Below, in pieces: positions 46,301 through 56,055 of a stretch of DNA of 64,000 bases (its first letter is position 1; each line of letters begins with the position of its first letter). The DNA comes from a virus (lineage: Duplodnaviria > Caudoviricetes): positions 1 to 64,000 of the IMG/VR virus record IMGVR_UViG_3300036546_000172. One strand, written 5' to 3'. The notes beneath the pieces were generated by a model. That model had not been told where the DNA came from. It saw nothing but the letters and a program-made list of their open reading frames with translations, and made no database searches. The position numbers were made by a program, and so were the translations under genes.

Positions 46301-48323
46301 GACATCCGCTCCACATAGTGTGTGGAAATCAGCTGGTGCATGGGGTGAGCAAGGTGACCGCTGGAACGCAGCCAGTGCATCGGGTTGGAGAAGAACTACA
46401 GATACATTCCGTACAACCACAACAACTAGAACCAATATTGATGTTGTGAATGACCGTGTTGTAGACACATCCGTGATTCCGTTTATGCGTTCAATTAATG
46501 TTCGGTTAACCGGTAAGGGCAACCGTCCATTGTGCCGTATGCACTTCTTCTTTGACGAGACGAATATTAATCAATATATCCGCCCCGTTTCAGGAAGTTT
46601 CGGTAATCCAGTTGTGACTGATATTGATGGTAATTTTGAAGCTATCTTCAGGATCCCGAACAATGAACAACAAAGATTCCGTACAGGTGAAAAGCAGATT
46701 GTTGCAACTGATGAAGCCGGCAATAATCAACAAGTTTCTACTTCGTATTCACAGGCTCAGTTTACATCAACTGGTACTAGACAGGTTAGACAAAGGACTA
46801 TTGTTGCAACAAGATCAACTACAACTAATACTAATTTGGTTCGTCGTGTTTGGTCTGATCCACTTGCACAGTCTTTCCTAGTTGAACGACGCGGTGGTAT
46901 GTTTGTGACAAAGATCAATTGTTTCTTTAAAACAAAAGACCCTTCCGTTCCTGTAGCTGTGCAAATCCGTGAGATGGATAATGGTCAACCAACACAGACG
47001 ATTGTGCCTGGTGGAGAGAAGCTGTTGAATCCATCTGAGGTCAATCTATCCGATGATGGTTCTGTAGCGACTACGTTCGTGTTTGATCACCCGGTTTATC
47101 TTCAGGACGGTACAGAATATTGTTTCGTATTGATGTCAAACTCTAATCAGTATAATGCATTTATTGCAACTATGGGTGAACAAGATCTTGGCAATGGTCG
47201 GATTATTGTGAAACAACCATATGCGGGTGTTCTGTTTAAATCACAGAATAACTCTACTTGGACAGAGGATCAACAGTCTGATCTTCAATTTGAGATCTTT
47301 GCTGCAAAATTCAACACTGATGTTGTTGGAATATTAGAGATGGAAAATACTGATTTTGATCCAATCAGACTTCCTGCAAATCCGTTTAAGACCGAAGAGA
47401 GTAGTCAAGAAGTTATTGTGAATCGTGAACATCACAATTATGTAGTTGGTTCACAAATTACTATTTTGGGTGCTGTAGGGAATAACGGTATTACAACACT
47501 GAACGGTAATCATATCGTGACCGAAGTTCTGAATCCTAATCAGTTCAAGATCACTATGACAGAAACTGCCACACTTACCGGTGATATTGGTGGTGAAAAT
47601 GTAGAGATCTCTGACACTGTTCAGGCAAGTATCTTGAATCCAAATATCCCTGTGATTAATTTGCCTAGTACAACAATTGCTTTTGGTGCAAAAGGAACTA
47701 CAGGTAAGTCTATTGATGGAGCTGAAACCCCATATGTTGCACAGGCTAGCTATATTCCTGTCGACAATGAAACAATCAATAATTTGAGTGTTCCATGGAT
47801 CATTACAAACCGTGCTGATGAAGATTACAATGCGGGTGGGGAGCGGACATTCAAGATGCACGCTATTATGTCTACAACGAATGAAAACGTATCACCTGTT
47901 ATTGACTTGTCTGGTGCTAACGTGATTACACCATTTGTTGAAGTTACTAAGAAATCTACTGTAGAGGCGGATGGTTCTAATAACTGGGCAAATTATAGAA
48001 CTCGTGTGAATCCTTTGGCTACTCCAGCTGATATGATCAAATGTTACCTGGATATTAGAACAATTGATCCAGCTAACGTGATCATTTCTGTCAGGACAGC
48101 AAACAGTCAGGAAGAGTTTGAGACTTCAACATGGCAAGTTATTCCTAACATAACTACCGATACACCGGCAGATGGTAATAATTTCTATGAATATGAATTT
48201 GAAAAGACGGGTATGTCTCAATTCTCATTCTATCAAATCATGATTCAACTGAAGTCTGATAGTTCGGTTGTTTTCCCAAGATGCAAACGGCTGAGGGTTA
48301 TGGCCTTGTCTGATTTTAGTTAA
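43392..48323 (+). CDS. VrlC-like (DUF4815) large virion structural protein
   Basis: SPYYDDY, VQTRELNQIQS, APGAHR, RTYEESGDY, RFKNGFFTD, DPLAQSF, GVLFKSQNNSTW. Confidence 0.9.
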   Translation: MTQVDKSKSPYYDDYSADKNYHEILFRPRRAVQTRELNQIQSQFKEQLSRFGDNIFEDGSVVIPGESNYDLEFKYVQVNITNYSQIVGLLGSQNLELEMANGIRAKVKMFAEPEGADPATFYIEYMEGSNDGGSNNFQAGDTITINLAGNQIGQASVIGTGLGSKFTLSAGVYYINGRFVLVTTESVLLDKYSNAPSKVVGIQYDEVVVTESGDSSLFDNAQGTPNFSAPGAHRLRVDTKLVVYDLDSSETIPDNVVEIFRISNGQIQKKYRGPDYNILGDVMAQRTYEESGDYTVKSFNIGFADFEEGFGLEDDSKFTIQLDPGLAYVRGYRIETNSKTNIAADKARDVGLINNSSISAALGYYVEVENLSAMPSVVNLQSLNFKDGTSTLLGTARIRFISNPSTNVYRLYLFDVRDTAGIRSTTFINSAVTVDSTDTVTFSADLIESTIYEATFNSLLFPMNVEFVRSLNVNNGQSDTSYSSVKQVTSTVDSSGQVTFTAGGNEVFVGQDARFAFGAFTDTNEFVDISTSYTLGGSPTGSFITLNLGSANAGRPVRLNLQVAKQEVIQKTKTVTQHTISGSVTNGRLALGKADAFRIISITDNGNNDVTNLFTLEPNKTSSFYGTSYIETGSSVSNPVTVVFEYFSHSSGDYFGPDSYVDLDYDDIPNEGGIRLSDVLDFRPRINDAGTGFTGAGSSVGNIPTPFSIIRTDLEHYLKRIDKVYVNSEGEFGVVKGVPDLDPSAPADPAESMVLYTLYVPPYTFDLEGVQAEKVNNRRYTMKDIGNIENRLSNVEYYVTLNMLEQETESAQVTDPVTGANRFKNGFFTDRFIDHGSADFAWPGYHVAMDDEDSELRPEFSMNAIDLQMNELGSSNVVVSDNIVTLPYEEVTYVKQNQRSRTLNVNPYAIYRWTGTLKLNPSMDSWIDTHYTNPDVTYRVFNNGRLTQSWKSWQLNWTGGVNSTSRSFTRTSAPHSVWKSAGAWGEQGDRWNAASASGWRRTTDTFRTTTTTRTNIDVVNDRVVDTSVIPFMRSINVRLTGKGNRPLCRMHFFFDETNINQYIRPVSGSFGNPVVTDIDGNFEAIFRIPNNEQQRFRTGEKQIVATDEAGNNQQVSTSYSQAQFTSTGTRQVRQRTIVATRSTTTNTNLVRRVWSDPLAQSFLVERRGGMFVTKINCFFKTKDPSVPVAVQIREMDNGQPTQTIVPGGEKLLNPSEVNLSDDGSVATTFVFDHPVYLQDGTEYCFVLMSNSNQYNAFIATMGEQDLGNGRIIVKQPYAGVLFKSQNNSTWTEDQQSDLQFEIFAAKFNTDVVGILEMENTDFDPIRLPANPFKTEESSQEVIVNREHHNYVVGSQITILGAVGNNGITTLNGNHIVTEVLNPNQFKITMTETATLTGDIGGENVEISDTVQASILNPNIPVINLPSTTIAFGAKGTTGKSIDGAETPYVAQASYIPVDNETINNLSVPWIITNRADEDYNAGGERTFKMHAIMSTTNENVSPVIDLSGANVITPFVEVTKKSTVEADGSNNWANYRTRVNPLATPADMIKCYLDIRTIDPANVIISVRTANSQEEFETSTWQVIPNITTDTPADGNNFYEYEFEKTGMSQFSFYQIMIQLKSDSSVVFPRCKRLRVMALSDFS

Positions 48324-48335
48324 AGGAGAAATACG

Positions 48336-48824
48336 ATGAAATTTAATAAAACTGCTTTGGGTGTTATTGCTTTCATCGTTGTTCTTATTCTGGCCGGGTA
48401 TTCTGCCCGGTCAGGAGCAGACAACGGTGCAAGGATTGGCGTTGGTAAGACTCTGATTAATTCTCATTTGAAGATTGGTGAGATCGGATATGAATATAAT
48501 GACTGGGAATTCTCTGCTACCATACTTGAAGAAGGCCAAACGAAAAACGGCTTCCAGTCAGACAACATGCACATCTATTCGGTTAGTTATCTTACTAAGC
48601 CCAAATGGGGTGTTTATGGTGTAGACCCTTATTTTAGACTAGGTGTTTCTTATAATGATGGTTCTAAGTTGATAGGAAACAGTAATTTCAGACTTGGAGT
48701 TGGTTTAGACTTTCACGATGTTTGGCGTGTAGAGTTTAGCCACCATTCTAGTGCAGGTATTCACAACCCAAACACTGGATTGGATTACATCACACTAACG
48801 TACAAAATTCCACCAATGTTCTGA
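48336..48824 (+). CDS. pagL: Lipid A 3-O-deacylase PagL-like outer-membrane beta-barrel
   Basis: Signal peptide; C-terminal HHSSAGIHNPNTGLD; terminal Phe. Confidence 0.75.
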   Translation: MKFNKTALGVIAFIVVLILAGYSARSGADNGARIGVGKTLINSHLKIGEIGYEYNDWEFSATILEEGQTKNGFQSDNMHIYSVSYLTKPKWGVYGVDPYFRLGVSYNDGSKLIGNSNFRLGVGLDFHDVWRVEFSHHSSAGIHNPNTGLDYITLTYKIPPMF

Positions 48825-48831
48825 GGCAATT

Positions 48832-49068
48832 ATGGAACTCTATTTAATCATAGCATTATGCTTTATTATCATATTAATGTTAATTCCAACTGCTCTTGGG
48901 ATGTTGATGCTATTTCATACTCTAGTAAGAGAAAAGAAATCTCCAGTAGATAAGAGTAATAGAATTAATCATCTTAGACTCGTTTGGTTTGCAATGGCAA
49001 ATGAAGAAGATTTCGTTGATTTGTATCCATGGCTAAGAAAAGATGAAAAAGACAACTTGAGAAAATAA
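48832..49068 (+). CDS. Small membrane protein
   Basis: Long N-terminal hydrophobic segment. Confidence 0.7.
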   Translation: MELYLIIALCFIIILMLIPTALGMLMLFHTLVREKKSPVDKSNRINHLRLVWFAMANEEDFVDLYPWLRKDEKDNLRK

Positions 49069-49070
49069 CT

Positions 49071-49277
49071 ATGAACAAAGTACAAGGTAAAGATCATCTA
49101 ATTAAAACCGAGACAGGGGCAGTTATTAATGCTGATCAAAATGCTTACAAGTTGGCAAAGCAGCATAAAAGACGCATTATGCAAGAAAGAGAAAAGCAAC
49201 AATCACTCGAAGATCGAATTGGAAGACTCGAACAGCTTATCTCAAAACTTACCGGAGAAGAAGGTGAACAACTTTAA
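49071..49277 (+). CDS. Small coiled-coil protein
   Basis: KVQGKDHL...TGAVIN; GGAG for the next gene lies in its 3' end. Confidence 0.75.
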   Translation: MNKVQGKDHLIKTETGAVINADQNAYKLAKQHKRRIMQEREKQQSLEDRIGRLEQLISKLTGEEGEQL

Positions 49278-49731
49278 GTTCAGTCAGAGAAGTATAAACA
49301 ATCTCCAATATGTAGATGAAGACCTGGTAGAGACTTGTTACTTGGCTCTAGAGTTTAGCACAGTCGATTTTGGTATTTCCGAAGGGCTTAGAACAAAATC
49401 TAGACAAAAAGAGTTGTTTGATAGCGGTAAATCACAAACAATGAATAGCAAACATCTCGATAATCCATCTACACCGGATATTATTGACAGCTGGGCTGTT
49501 GATGTTTACGCCTATGTCAATGGTGGTGTTTCCTGGGACATTAAGCATTATATTCAAATTGCTGAAGCATTTAGACAAGCTGGTATTGAATTAAATAACA
49601 AAATAAGATGGGGCGGTTCGTGGACAATCTTAAATAATGAACCAAGTGCAGAGATCGCATATGAAGATTATGTTGAATCTAGGCGAAGTCCATTTGTCGA
49701 TGGCCCTCACTTTGAAATCATTAAGGACTAA
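49264..49731 (+). CDS. Endolysin, L-Ala-D-Glu peptidase (M15C); GTG start
   Basis: FSQRS, EGLRTKSRQ, SKH, AVD, RWGG, DGPHFE. Confidence 0.9.
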   Translation: MNNFKFSQRSINNLQYVDEDLVETCYLALEFSTVDFGISEGLRTKSRQKELFDSGKSQTMNSKHLDNPSTPDIIDSWAVDVYAYVNGGVSWDIKHYIQIAEAFRQAGIELNNKIRWGGSWTILNNEPSAEIAYEDYVESRRSPFVDGPHFEIIKD

Positions 49732-49734
49732 CAA

Positions 49735-50472
49735 ATGGCTGTAACATCAAGAGAAGAATTAAAACAATATTGCTTACGTCGCCTTGGTCAGCCAGTCATT
49801 GATATTAACGTTGATGATACACAGCTTGAAGATCGTATTGATGAAGCACTGGAGGTTTATCAAGAGAAGCACTATGACGCAACCGAACGTGACTGGGTCT
49901 ACTATGAGATAACTCAGACTGACATCGACAATGGATACGTGTCTATTCCTGATGACATCTTGGTGGTGATCTCTATATTACCATTTAATGAGATTATCGC
50001 CCAAGGCAATATGTTCTCATATCAGTATCAAATTGCACTGTCTGAATTGTCTCCTTGGCGTCCATTTAACCAATTAGACTATTTCATGAAAGTGACTAAT
50101 TACGAGTCCATTGCTAACATGACATCCGTGACTCCTACCATGGATTTTTCGCGTCATGGTCGCAAATTGAAGATCTTTGCCGAGCTTGGGAACTTGGGTG
50201 TAGGCTATAAGCTGGGCGTACAGGTTCAAAGAATAATTGACCCTGAAACAGTGACAGCTGTTTATAATGACAAATGGTTGAAGCAATATGTTACTGCTTT
50301 GATGCAAAAACAATGGGGAATGAATATGAAAAAGTTCTCTGGTGTTCAGATGCTGGGTGGTGTAGAGCTTAACGGTCAGCAGTTATTCGATGAGGCAGTA
50401 CAAGAGATTGAGCGTCTGGAAGAGCAGTTAGAAACAACGTATATGCTCCCTGTTGATATGCTTATAGGATAG
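49735..50472 (+). CDS. gp13: Neck protein
   Basis: LKQYCLRRLG.PVI, WLKQY, QWG.N..KF. Confidence 0.95.
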   Translation: MAVTSREELKQYCLRRLGQPVIDINVDDTQLEDRIDEALEVYQEKHYDATERDWVYYEITQTDIDNGYVSIPDDILVVISILPFNEIIAQGNMFSYQYQIALSELSPWRPFNQLDYFMKVTNYESIANMTSVTPTMDFSRHGRKLKIFAELGNLGVGYKLGVQVQRIIDPETVTAVYNDKWLKQYVTALMQKQWGMNMKKFSGVQMLGGVELNGQQLFDEAVQEIERLEEQLETTYMLPVDMLIG

Positions 50473-50475
50473 AGT

Positions 50476-50748
50476 ATGGATAACAGAGAGCGAGAAGAGA
50501 TAGAATTTCAAAGAGAAACACGCAAATGGCGCATACGACGTCGATTTGCAGTGATCTCATTTGTTCATTTGCTGATGCTGACTCTGTTCTATCTCATTGC
50601 ACCGTTTCATCTGACTCCAGAAGAATCTAAGGTGTTTGCCGATTTCAACTCCATTATGATGACCCTCATCGGTTTCTTCAGTGGAATTGTGATGCTGTAC
50701 ATGGGAGCGGTTACATACGCTGATCAGCACGTCAAGATAAATAGTTAA
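50476..50748 (+). CDS. Two-TM protein, candidate holin
   Basis: Basic WRIRRR then two TMs. Confidence 0.55.
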   Translation: MDNREREEIEFQRETRKWRIRRRFAVISFVHLLMLTLFYLIAPFHLTPEESKVFADFNSIMMTLIGFFSGIVMLYMGAVTYADQHVKINS

Positions 50749-50813
50749 ATGTATACCTATACCATCCACCACGTAACTAAGAAAACCCCGTCTCCATGGG
50801 GAGAGAAGGTTCT

Positions 50814-51446
50814 ATGGCCATAGTCAGTCCTCATTTTAATCACTACCGAGCCTCCAACGAACAGAGCTTGATCCAAGATCTGGTGGATGAAAGCATATAT
50901 CAGAGAGGATTGGAGTGTCTTTATATTCCTCGTTCTCAAGATAATATCGATTATCTGTACAATGAAGACTCGAGTCAGTACTATTCATCGTTCGCATCTG
51001 TTGCTCTGTATCCCATGTTTGTAGATGGGTTTGACGGTCAGGAAATGATGACCATGTTCGGTGATGAGTTCCAGAAGAGCGGAACTTTTGCATTGTCTAA
51101 GCGTAAGTTCACCGAATGGCTGCCGACTATGTCCAGACCACAAGAAGGTGATCTTATATTCATGCCCATTACTAACACTATCATGGAAATTAAATTCGTG
51201 GAGCACGAGTCTCCTTTCTTCGAGAAGGGCAAGCAGTACGTCTATGAACTGAAGTGCGAGGCGTTTGAATTCTCCTATGAGGATATTGCTACAGGCAACA
51301 CTGAATTCGATGATTTGGTGGATGCTGAAATAGACATTATAGATCCAGATATCAATACTGAAATCTATGGCGACAATGACGATATTGAGACAGATACTGC
51401 TGACGATATCGACTTTGATCCAAATAACCCATTCGGAGTCAGATGA
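50814..51446 (+). CDS. gp14: Neck protein
   Basis: EQSLIQDLVDESI, RPQEGDLI, VEHESPF, NNPFG. Confidence 0.93.
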   Translation: MAIVSPHFNHYRASNEQSLIQDLVDESIYQRGLECLYIPRSQDNIDYLYNEDSSQYYSSFASVALYPMFVDGFDGQEMMTMFGDEFQKSGTFALSKRKFTEWLPTMSRPQEGDLIFMPITNTIMEIKFVEHESPFFEKGKQYVYELKCEAFEFSYEDIATGNTEFDDLVDAEIDIIDPDINTEIYGDNDDIETDTADDIDFDPNNPFGVR

Positions 51447-52141
51447 TGGCGATTCTTGAGCAGCATTTCTACCATAAAACCATTCATCTGTATACCGGTG
51501 TATTCGGTACGGTATTTGATGGGATCCAAATAGAGAGATCGAATGGCAAACTGATCAAGGTGCCTATTTCGTATGCCGGGCAACAGAAGCAGAATACTAG
51601 ACTGGATCAGAATGAAGACCCCAATGCATCTAGATACAAGATGAGGCTGCCTCGGCTGTCCTTCATGTTGACTGGGTGGCAGAAAGATGAGTCTCGTATC
51701 ACTAATAAGATGCATATGCTGCAGGAGCAAGGTGTAGATCGAAGCGTTAATAACCAGGTTAACAGCCAAATGAACCGTGTGCCATACACGTTCAATTATG
51801 AACTGCGCGCTAAGACCAAGCACCTGGATGATATGATGCAGATTGCCGAACAAATACTGCCGTTCTTCAATCCATCGATCAAAATAGTAGTCAATGATAA
51901 TCCTGATTTGAATATGACAACCGCTCTCAATTTGACTCTGACTGATTCGAATCTAGAGGATCAATTTGAGGGTGCGTTTGAAGAGGGTCGAGTGATTGAG
52001 GCTGTGTTCAACTTCGCTCTAGAGGGATACTTGTACGGTCCTACTTCACCCTCTGGTGTCATTCAGACAGTCTATGTTAACTACTACGATTTGCTAAATC
52101 CAGATGATATACTTGAAACTGATGTGTTTACGGAGCGGTAA
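51443..52141 (+). CDS. gp15: Tail terminator/sheath stabilizer
   Basis: FYHKTI, KVPISY, LPRLSF, EQILPFFNP, YLYGP. Confidence 0.95.
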   Translation: MMAILEQHFYHKTIHLYTGVFGTVFDGIQIERSNGKLIKVPISYAGQQKQNTRLDQNEDPNASRYKMRLPRLSFMLTGWQKDESRITNKMHMLQEQGVDRSVNNQVNSQMNRVPYTFNYELRAKTKHLDDMMQIAEQILPFFNPSIKIVVNDNPDLNMTTALNLTLTDSNLEDQFEGAFEEGRVIEAVFNFALEGYLYGPTSPSGVIQTVYVNYYDLLNPDDILETDVFTER

Positions 52142-52623
52142 TGGCAGAGTCTAAGTTTGATAGACAATTGAAACAGTTGCTCAATGGAGACGTTGAGAAC
52201 GACATTGATTCCCTACCGGATGGTGAGGAAGAAGAGCAGCAAGTTGAGGAGCTTGTACCTGTTGTATATGACGACAAACCATCTCAAATGTCTATTGACA
52301 ACAATCCAGATCTGCAGCATGACTATGAGTTCGCCAGGTCTAATTACTACGGTCTGATTGGTCGCACTAATGCAGCGGTTGATCTAGCCCTTCGTGTGGC
52401 TCAAATGTCTGAGCATCCACGTGCTATGGAAGTGGCCGCTAATTTGATGAAAACTTCGGCTGATATCACCAAAGACCTGCTGTCTCTGCAGAAGTCTATT
52501 CAGAACGACACTAAGAGTACAAAGACTCCAAGCGGAACTTATGTGCAAAACAACTACTACGGTGATAAGTCACCAGATGATATAGACCAAGAGCTCGATG
52601 GCCTGGACGACACGAAAAAGTAA
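52141..52623 (+). CDS. gp16: Terminase small subunit
   Basis: DYEFARSN, HPRAMEV. Confidence 0.93.
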   Translation: MAESKFDRQLKQLLNGDVENDIDSLPDGEEEEQQVEELVPVVYDDKPSQMSIDNNPDLQHDYEFARSNYYGLIGRTNAAVDLALRVAQMSEHPRAMEVAANLMKTSADITKDLLSLQKSIQNDTKSTKTPSGTYVQNNYYGDKSPDDIDQELDGLDDTKK

Positions 52624-54394
52624 AAATCTTGCAACAGACGAGAACACTCTCACACACAAAATCAAAGAGCTGAAGGATGTGTGTGAGTTTGATGTCGTGG
52701 GATTTTACCAGGCGAACAAAGGACTGGTCAAGAAGTACCTTCGTAAAGATACATCTAAGCTGCATATTGACGACTTCAACGAAGAAGACATACCAGACAA
52801 CTGGTGGTATAAGAACAAGGAAGGACTATTACGCGCCAAGATAAAAGATAAACCCTTTACTACCTATCAAAAGCTTGAATGGATCAAGTGCGGACTGGAT
52901 GTGGTTTATTTCACCAGACGTCATGTTAAGATCATATCTATTGACGATGGTATAATTCCTTTTGATCTGTACGATTATCAGGAAGATCTTCTTGAGATGT
53001 ACAGTGACAATCGATTCTGCATCAGTTTACAGGCTCGTCAATCTGGTAAGACTCAAACAACAGCGTCATTCATTCTGCACTTCTCGTTATACAATGCTGC
53101 CAAGCTCTCAGCTATTCTGGCTAACAAAGCGGATCAAGCTCAGGAAATACTAGAGCGCATTCAGTTATCATTTGAAATGCTGCCATTGTATTTGCAGCCC
53201 GGTGTTAAAACGTACAATAAGCGGTCAATGGTGTTTGGCAGTAATTCTAAGATTATGACCTTTGCGTCCAGTTCAGGCTCTGTGCGCGGGAAATCTATTG
53301 CGTGTCTGTATGTTGATGAGACTGCCTTCATCCCGAATGACATGGCGTTCTATGAATCCACCTATCCTACCATCGCGTCTGGTAAAGAATCTAAGGTAAT
53401 ACTAACCAGCACACCTAATGGCACCCGAGGCATGTTCTACAAGCTGTGGACTGAGTCTGTGTCTGGTAAGAACAGCTACCAACGCAAGATCGTTACATGG
53501 GATATGGTACCTGGACGTGATGACAGATGGAAAAAAGAAACTATTGCCAACTCCAGTGAAGAACAATTCCGTCAGGAGCATGATGTTCAGTTTCGAGGAA
53601 GCTCAAACTCTCTGCTATCCGGCAATACTCTTGAGCGGTTGGTCAGCATTGATCACGTGGAACAGATTGAAGATTTCAAGGTGTTCAAGCCAGTTGAGGA
53701 TGGACATTCATATGTCACTGTTGTAGATTGCTCCGAGGGTGTGGGTGGAGATTATCACGCCGTTACTGTGATTGATATTACAGCCGAGCCGTATGAAGTA
53801 GCGGCCACCTACAAGAACAACAAACTGTCTCCTTTGATGTTGCCTAATTTGTTATTCAACGTAGGGTCAAAGTATAACGACTCGCTGATTCTGATAGAAA
53901 ACGCCAGTACTGGATCTCAGGTAGCCTCTGATCTGTATTACGATCTTGAATATGAAAATACCTTGATGACCGTACAAGAGAAAGGTAAGCAGGTACTGGG
54001 ATTCAATCACAATGGACGTCTTGGCGTGAAGCCAACTAAGCAAGTCAAAGCCATTGGATGCTCAACTATTAAAACTTTGATCGAAGACGGTAAGATTAAT
54101 CTCAACGATCAGGATATCATTGATGAGTTCGGTGACTTTGTTCCACGGGGTGGTTCATACGCAGCTGCCGAGGGCGCTCATGATGATCAAGTGATGACCC
54201 TGGTGCTGTTTGGATGGCTCACTACTCAATCATTCTTCATTGAACTGACAGATGTAGATATTAGACGCAAGCTATTCTCTGAAATGCTGGATCGGTCGGT
54301 TGAGGAGATGCTTCCGTTTGGTATCATTGACAACGGACATACTGAGTATGATGGCAATCACACCGTTGACTACAGTGAGTACGGTGCGTTTTAA
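52598..54394 (+). CDS. gp17: Terminase large subunit
   Basis: RQSGKT, YVDETAF, STPNG, DCSEGVGGD, HDD. Confidence 0.97.
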   Translation: MAWTTRKSKNLATDENTLTHKIKELKDVCEFDVVGFYQANKGLVKKYLRKDTSKLHIDDFNEEDIPDNWWYKNKEGLLRAKIKDKPFTTYQKLEWIKCGLDVVYFTRRHVKIISIDDGIIPFDLYDYQEDLLEMYSDNRFCISLQARQSGKTQTTASFILHFSLYNAAKLSAILANKADQAQEILERIQLSFEMLPLYLQPGVKTYNKRSMVFGSNSKIMTFASSSGSVRGKSIACLYVDETAFIPNDMAFYESTYPTIASGKESKVILTSTPNGTRGMFYKLWTESVSGKNSYQRKIVTWDMVPGRDDRWKKETIANSSEEQFRQEHDVQFRGSSNSLLSGNTLERLVSIDHVEQIEDFKVFKPVEDGHSYVTVVDCSEGVGGDYHAVTVIDITAEPYEVAATYKNNKLSPLMLPNLLFNVGSKYNDSLILIENASTGSQVASDLYYDLEYENTLMTVQEKGKQVLGFNHNGRLGVKPTKQVKAIGCSTIKTLIEDGKINLNDQDIIDEFGDFVPRGGSYAAAEGAHDDQVMTLVLFGWLTTQSFFIELTDVDIRRKLFSEMLDRSVEEMLPFGIIDNGHTEYDGNHTVDYSEYGAF

Positions 54395-54405
54395 CCTGTC
54401 CTTCC

Positions 54406-54413
54406 TATAAATA
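54406..54413 (+). promoter_or_regulatory. Late promoter TATAAATA
   Basis: Exact consensus upstream of gp18. Confidence 0.85.
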
Positions 54414-54454
54414 CTCATAAGACCTAAACCTTAACTCAACACGAGGTACAACAA

Positions 54455-56053
54455 ATGGCTAGTCCTAGCGTAATTACACGTGAGAAGGACGTCAGCTTCA
54501 ACGTCAACAGCATTGAATCAAACGCCGGTTCAATGATTGGTTTGTTTCGTTGGGGTCCAGTAAATGAAGCCATTCGGATCACCACCAATGAGGGTGAACT
54601 GCTTCAAAAACTGGGACGTCCAGATCAAGCAACAACACAATTCTTTCATTCGGCTCTCAACTACATCCTGTACGTAACTCCTCTCTATGTGGTTCGTGCT
54701 ATCGATGATGCAGTAGCTTTGAACGCAGTACCTACCGCTGAAACACCTATTCTGATCAAGAATGAAGGTGACTATGAAGCTGCTGACCTAACTGGCATAA
54801 GTGCCATTGGTCGTTATCCTGGTTCTCTCGGTAATACCATCAAGATTTCGGCCGCTGACGATCAGGGCTTTGACGGATGGGCTTACAAAGACGAGTTCAC
54901 TTATGCACCTCAAGCTGGTGAATTCAACTTGGTAGTAGTAGATGAGGGCGGTGAAATCACCGGTACTCCAGGTCAGGTGCTTGAGCGTTATGAACTGATG
55001 ACCAAAGTCGAAGGTTCTAAGAAGCCTAATGGCACAACCGCTTATGTAGTTCGAGCTGTACAGGAACAATCTCAGTACATCTGGATCGGTGATGTAGATG
55101 CTATCGATTTCGCATCATCCGGCTCTCTGGGTGTTTATGAAGACTCACTTCAGGGCGGTGTAGATGGTAATGATAAGACTACCGCTGACTTTGCAACAGC
55201 TGCTGGTGTCCTAGCTAACACTGAAACACTGGACATCATCAACACATTCACCTCTGTGATTCCATCTGCCGGTGTTGGTACCATCATCGACACCATGGAT
55301 TCTCGTCAAGATGCTGTAGCCTTTGTGCCGCCGCAACTGGCAGACGTATACAACAATCCTACAGCCGCCGACGACGTGTTGGTGTATTTCAACACTACTA
55401 TCAATAAGAACACCTCTTATGCGTTCTACGTTGATAACTGGAAGATGGTATATGACAAGTACAATGATACCAACATCTGGATACCAACTGATTCTGATGC
55501 TGCTGCGTTGACTGCACGAGTATTCGTACAGAACGAGCCTTGGTTCTCACCAGCCGGTCTCAACCGCGGTCAGTTGAAGAACGTGATCAAGCTGGCTTGG
55601 AATCCAAACAAACCTCAGCGTGATCTTCTGTATACATCATCTATCAACTCTATCATTGCCTTTCCTGGCGAAGGTACGGTTCTATGGGGTGATAAGACAG
55701 CGCTGAAGCGTCCGAGCGCATTCGATCGAATCAACGTTCGTAACCTGTTTATTGTGCTGAAGAAGTCTATCAGCCAATCGGCTCGTTATCAGTTGTTTGA
55801 ACTGAACGATCAAATCACTCGCTCGGTGTTCCGTAACGCAGTTGATCGTTACCTGAATAGTGTTCAAGGTCGTCGTGGTATTGCGCGGTATCGAGTAGTG
55901 TGTGATGAGTCTAACAATACAGCTCAGGTGATCAACTCTAATGAGTTTGTTGGTGACATCTACATCGATCCTGCGCGTTCAATCAACACCATTAAGCTCA
56001 ACTTTATAGCGGTAGCTAGTGGCGTTTCCTTCGATGAAGTGGAGGGGGTATAA
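54455..56053 (+). CDS. gp18: Tail sheath protein
   Basis: FRWGP, WFSPAGLNRG, GDKT, SAFDRINVR. Confidence 0.97.
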   Translation: MASPSVITREKDVSFNVNSIESNAGSMIGLFRWGPVNEAIRITTNEGELLQKLGRPDQATTQFFHSALNYILYVTPLYVVRAIDDAVALNAVPTAETPILIKNEGDYEAADLTGISAIGRYPGSLGNTIKISAADDQGFDGWAYKDEFTYAPQAGEFNLVVVDEGGEITGTPGQVLERYELMTKVEGSKKPNGTTAYVVRAVQEQSQYIWIGDVDAIDFASSGSLGVYEDSLQGGVDGNDKTTADFATAAGVLANTETLDIINTFTSVIPSAGVGTIIDTMDSRQDAVAFVPPQLADVYNNPTAADDVLVYFNTTINKNTSYAFYVDNWKMVYDKYNDTNIWIPTDSDAAALTARVFVQNEPWFSPAGLNRGQLKNVIKLAWNPNKPQRDLLYTSSINSIIAFPGEGTVLWGDKTALKRPSAFDRINVRNLFIVLKKSISQSARYQLFELNDQITRSVFRNAVDRYLNSVQGRRGIARYRVVCDESNNTAQVINSNEFVGDIYIDPARSINTIKLNFIAVASGVSFDEVEGV

Positions 56054-56055
56054 TT

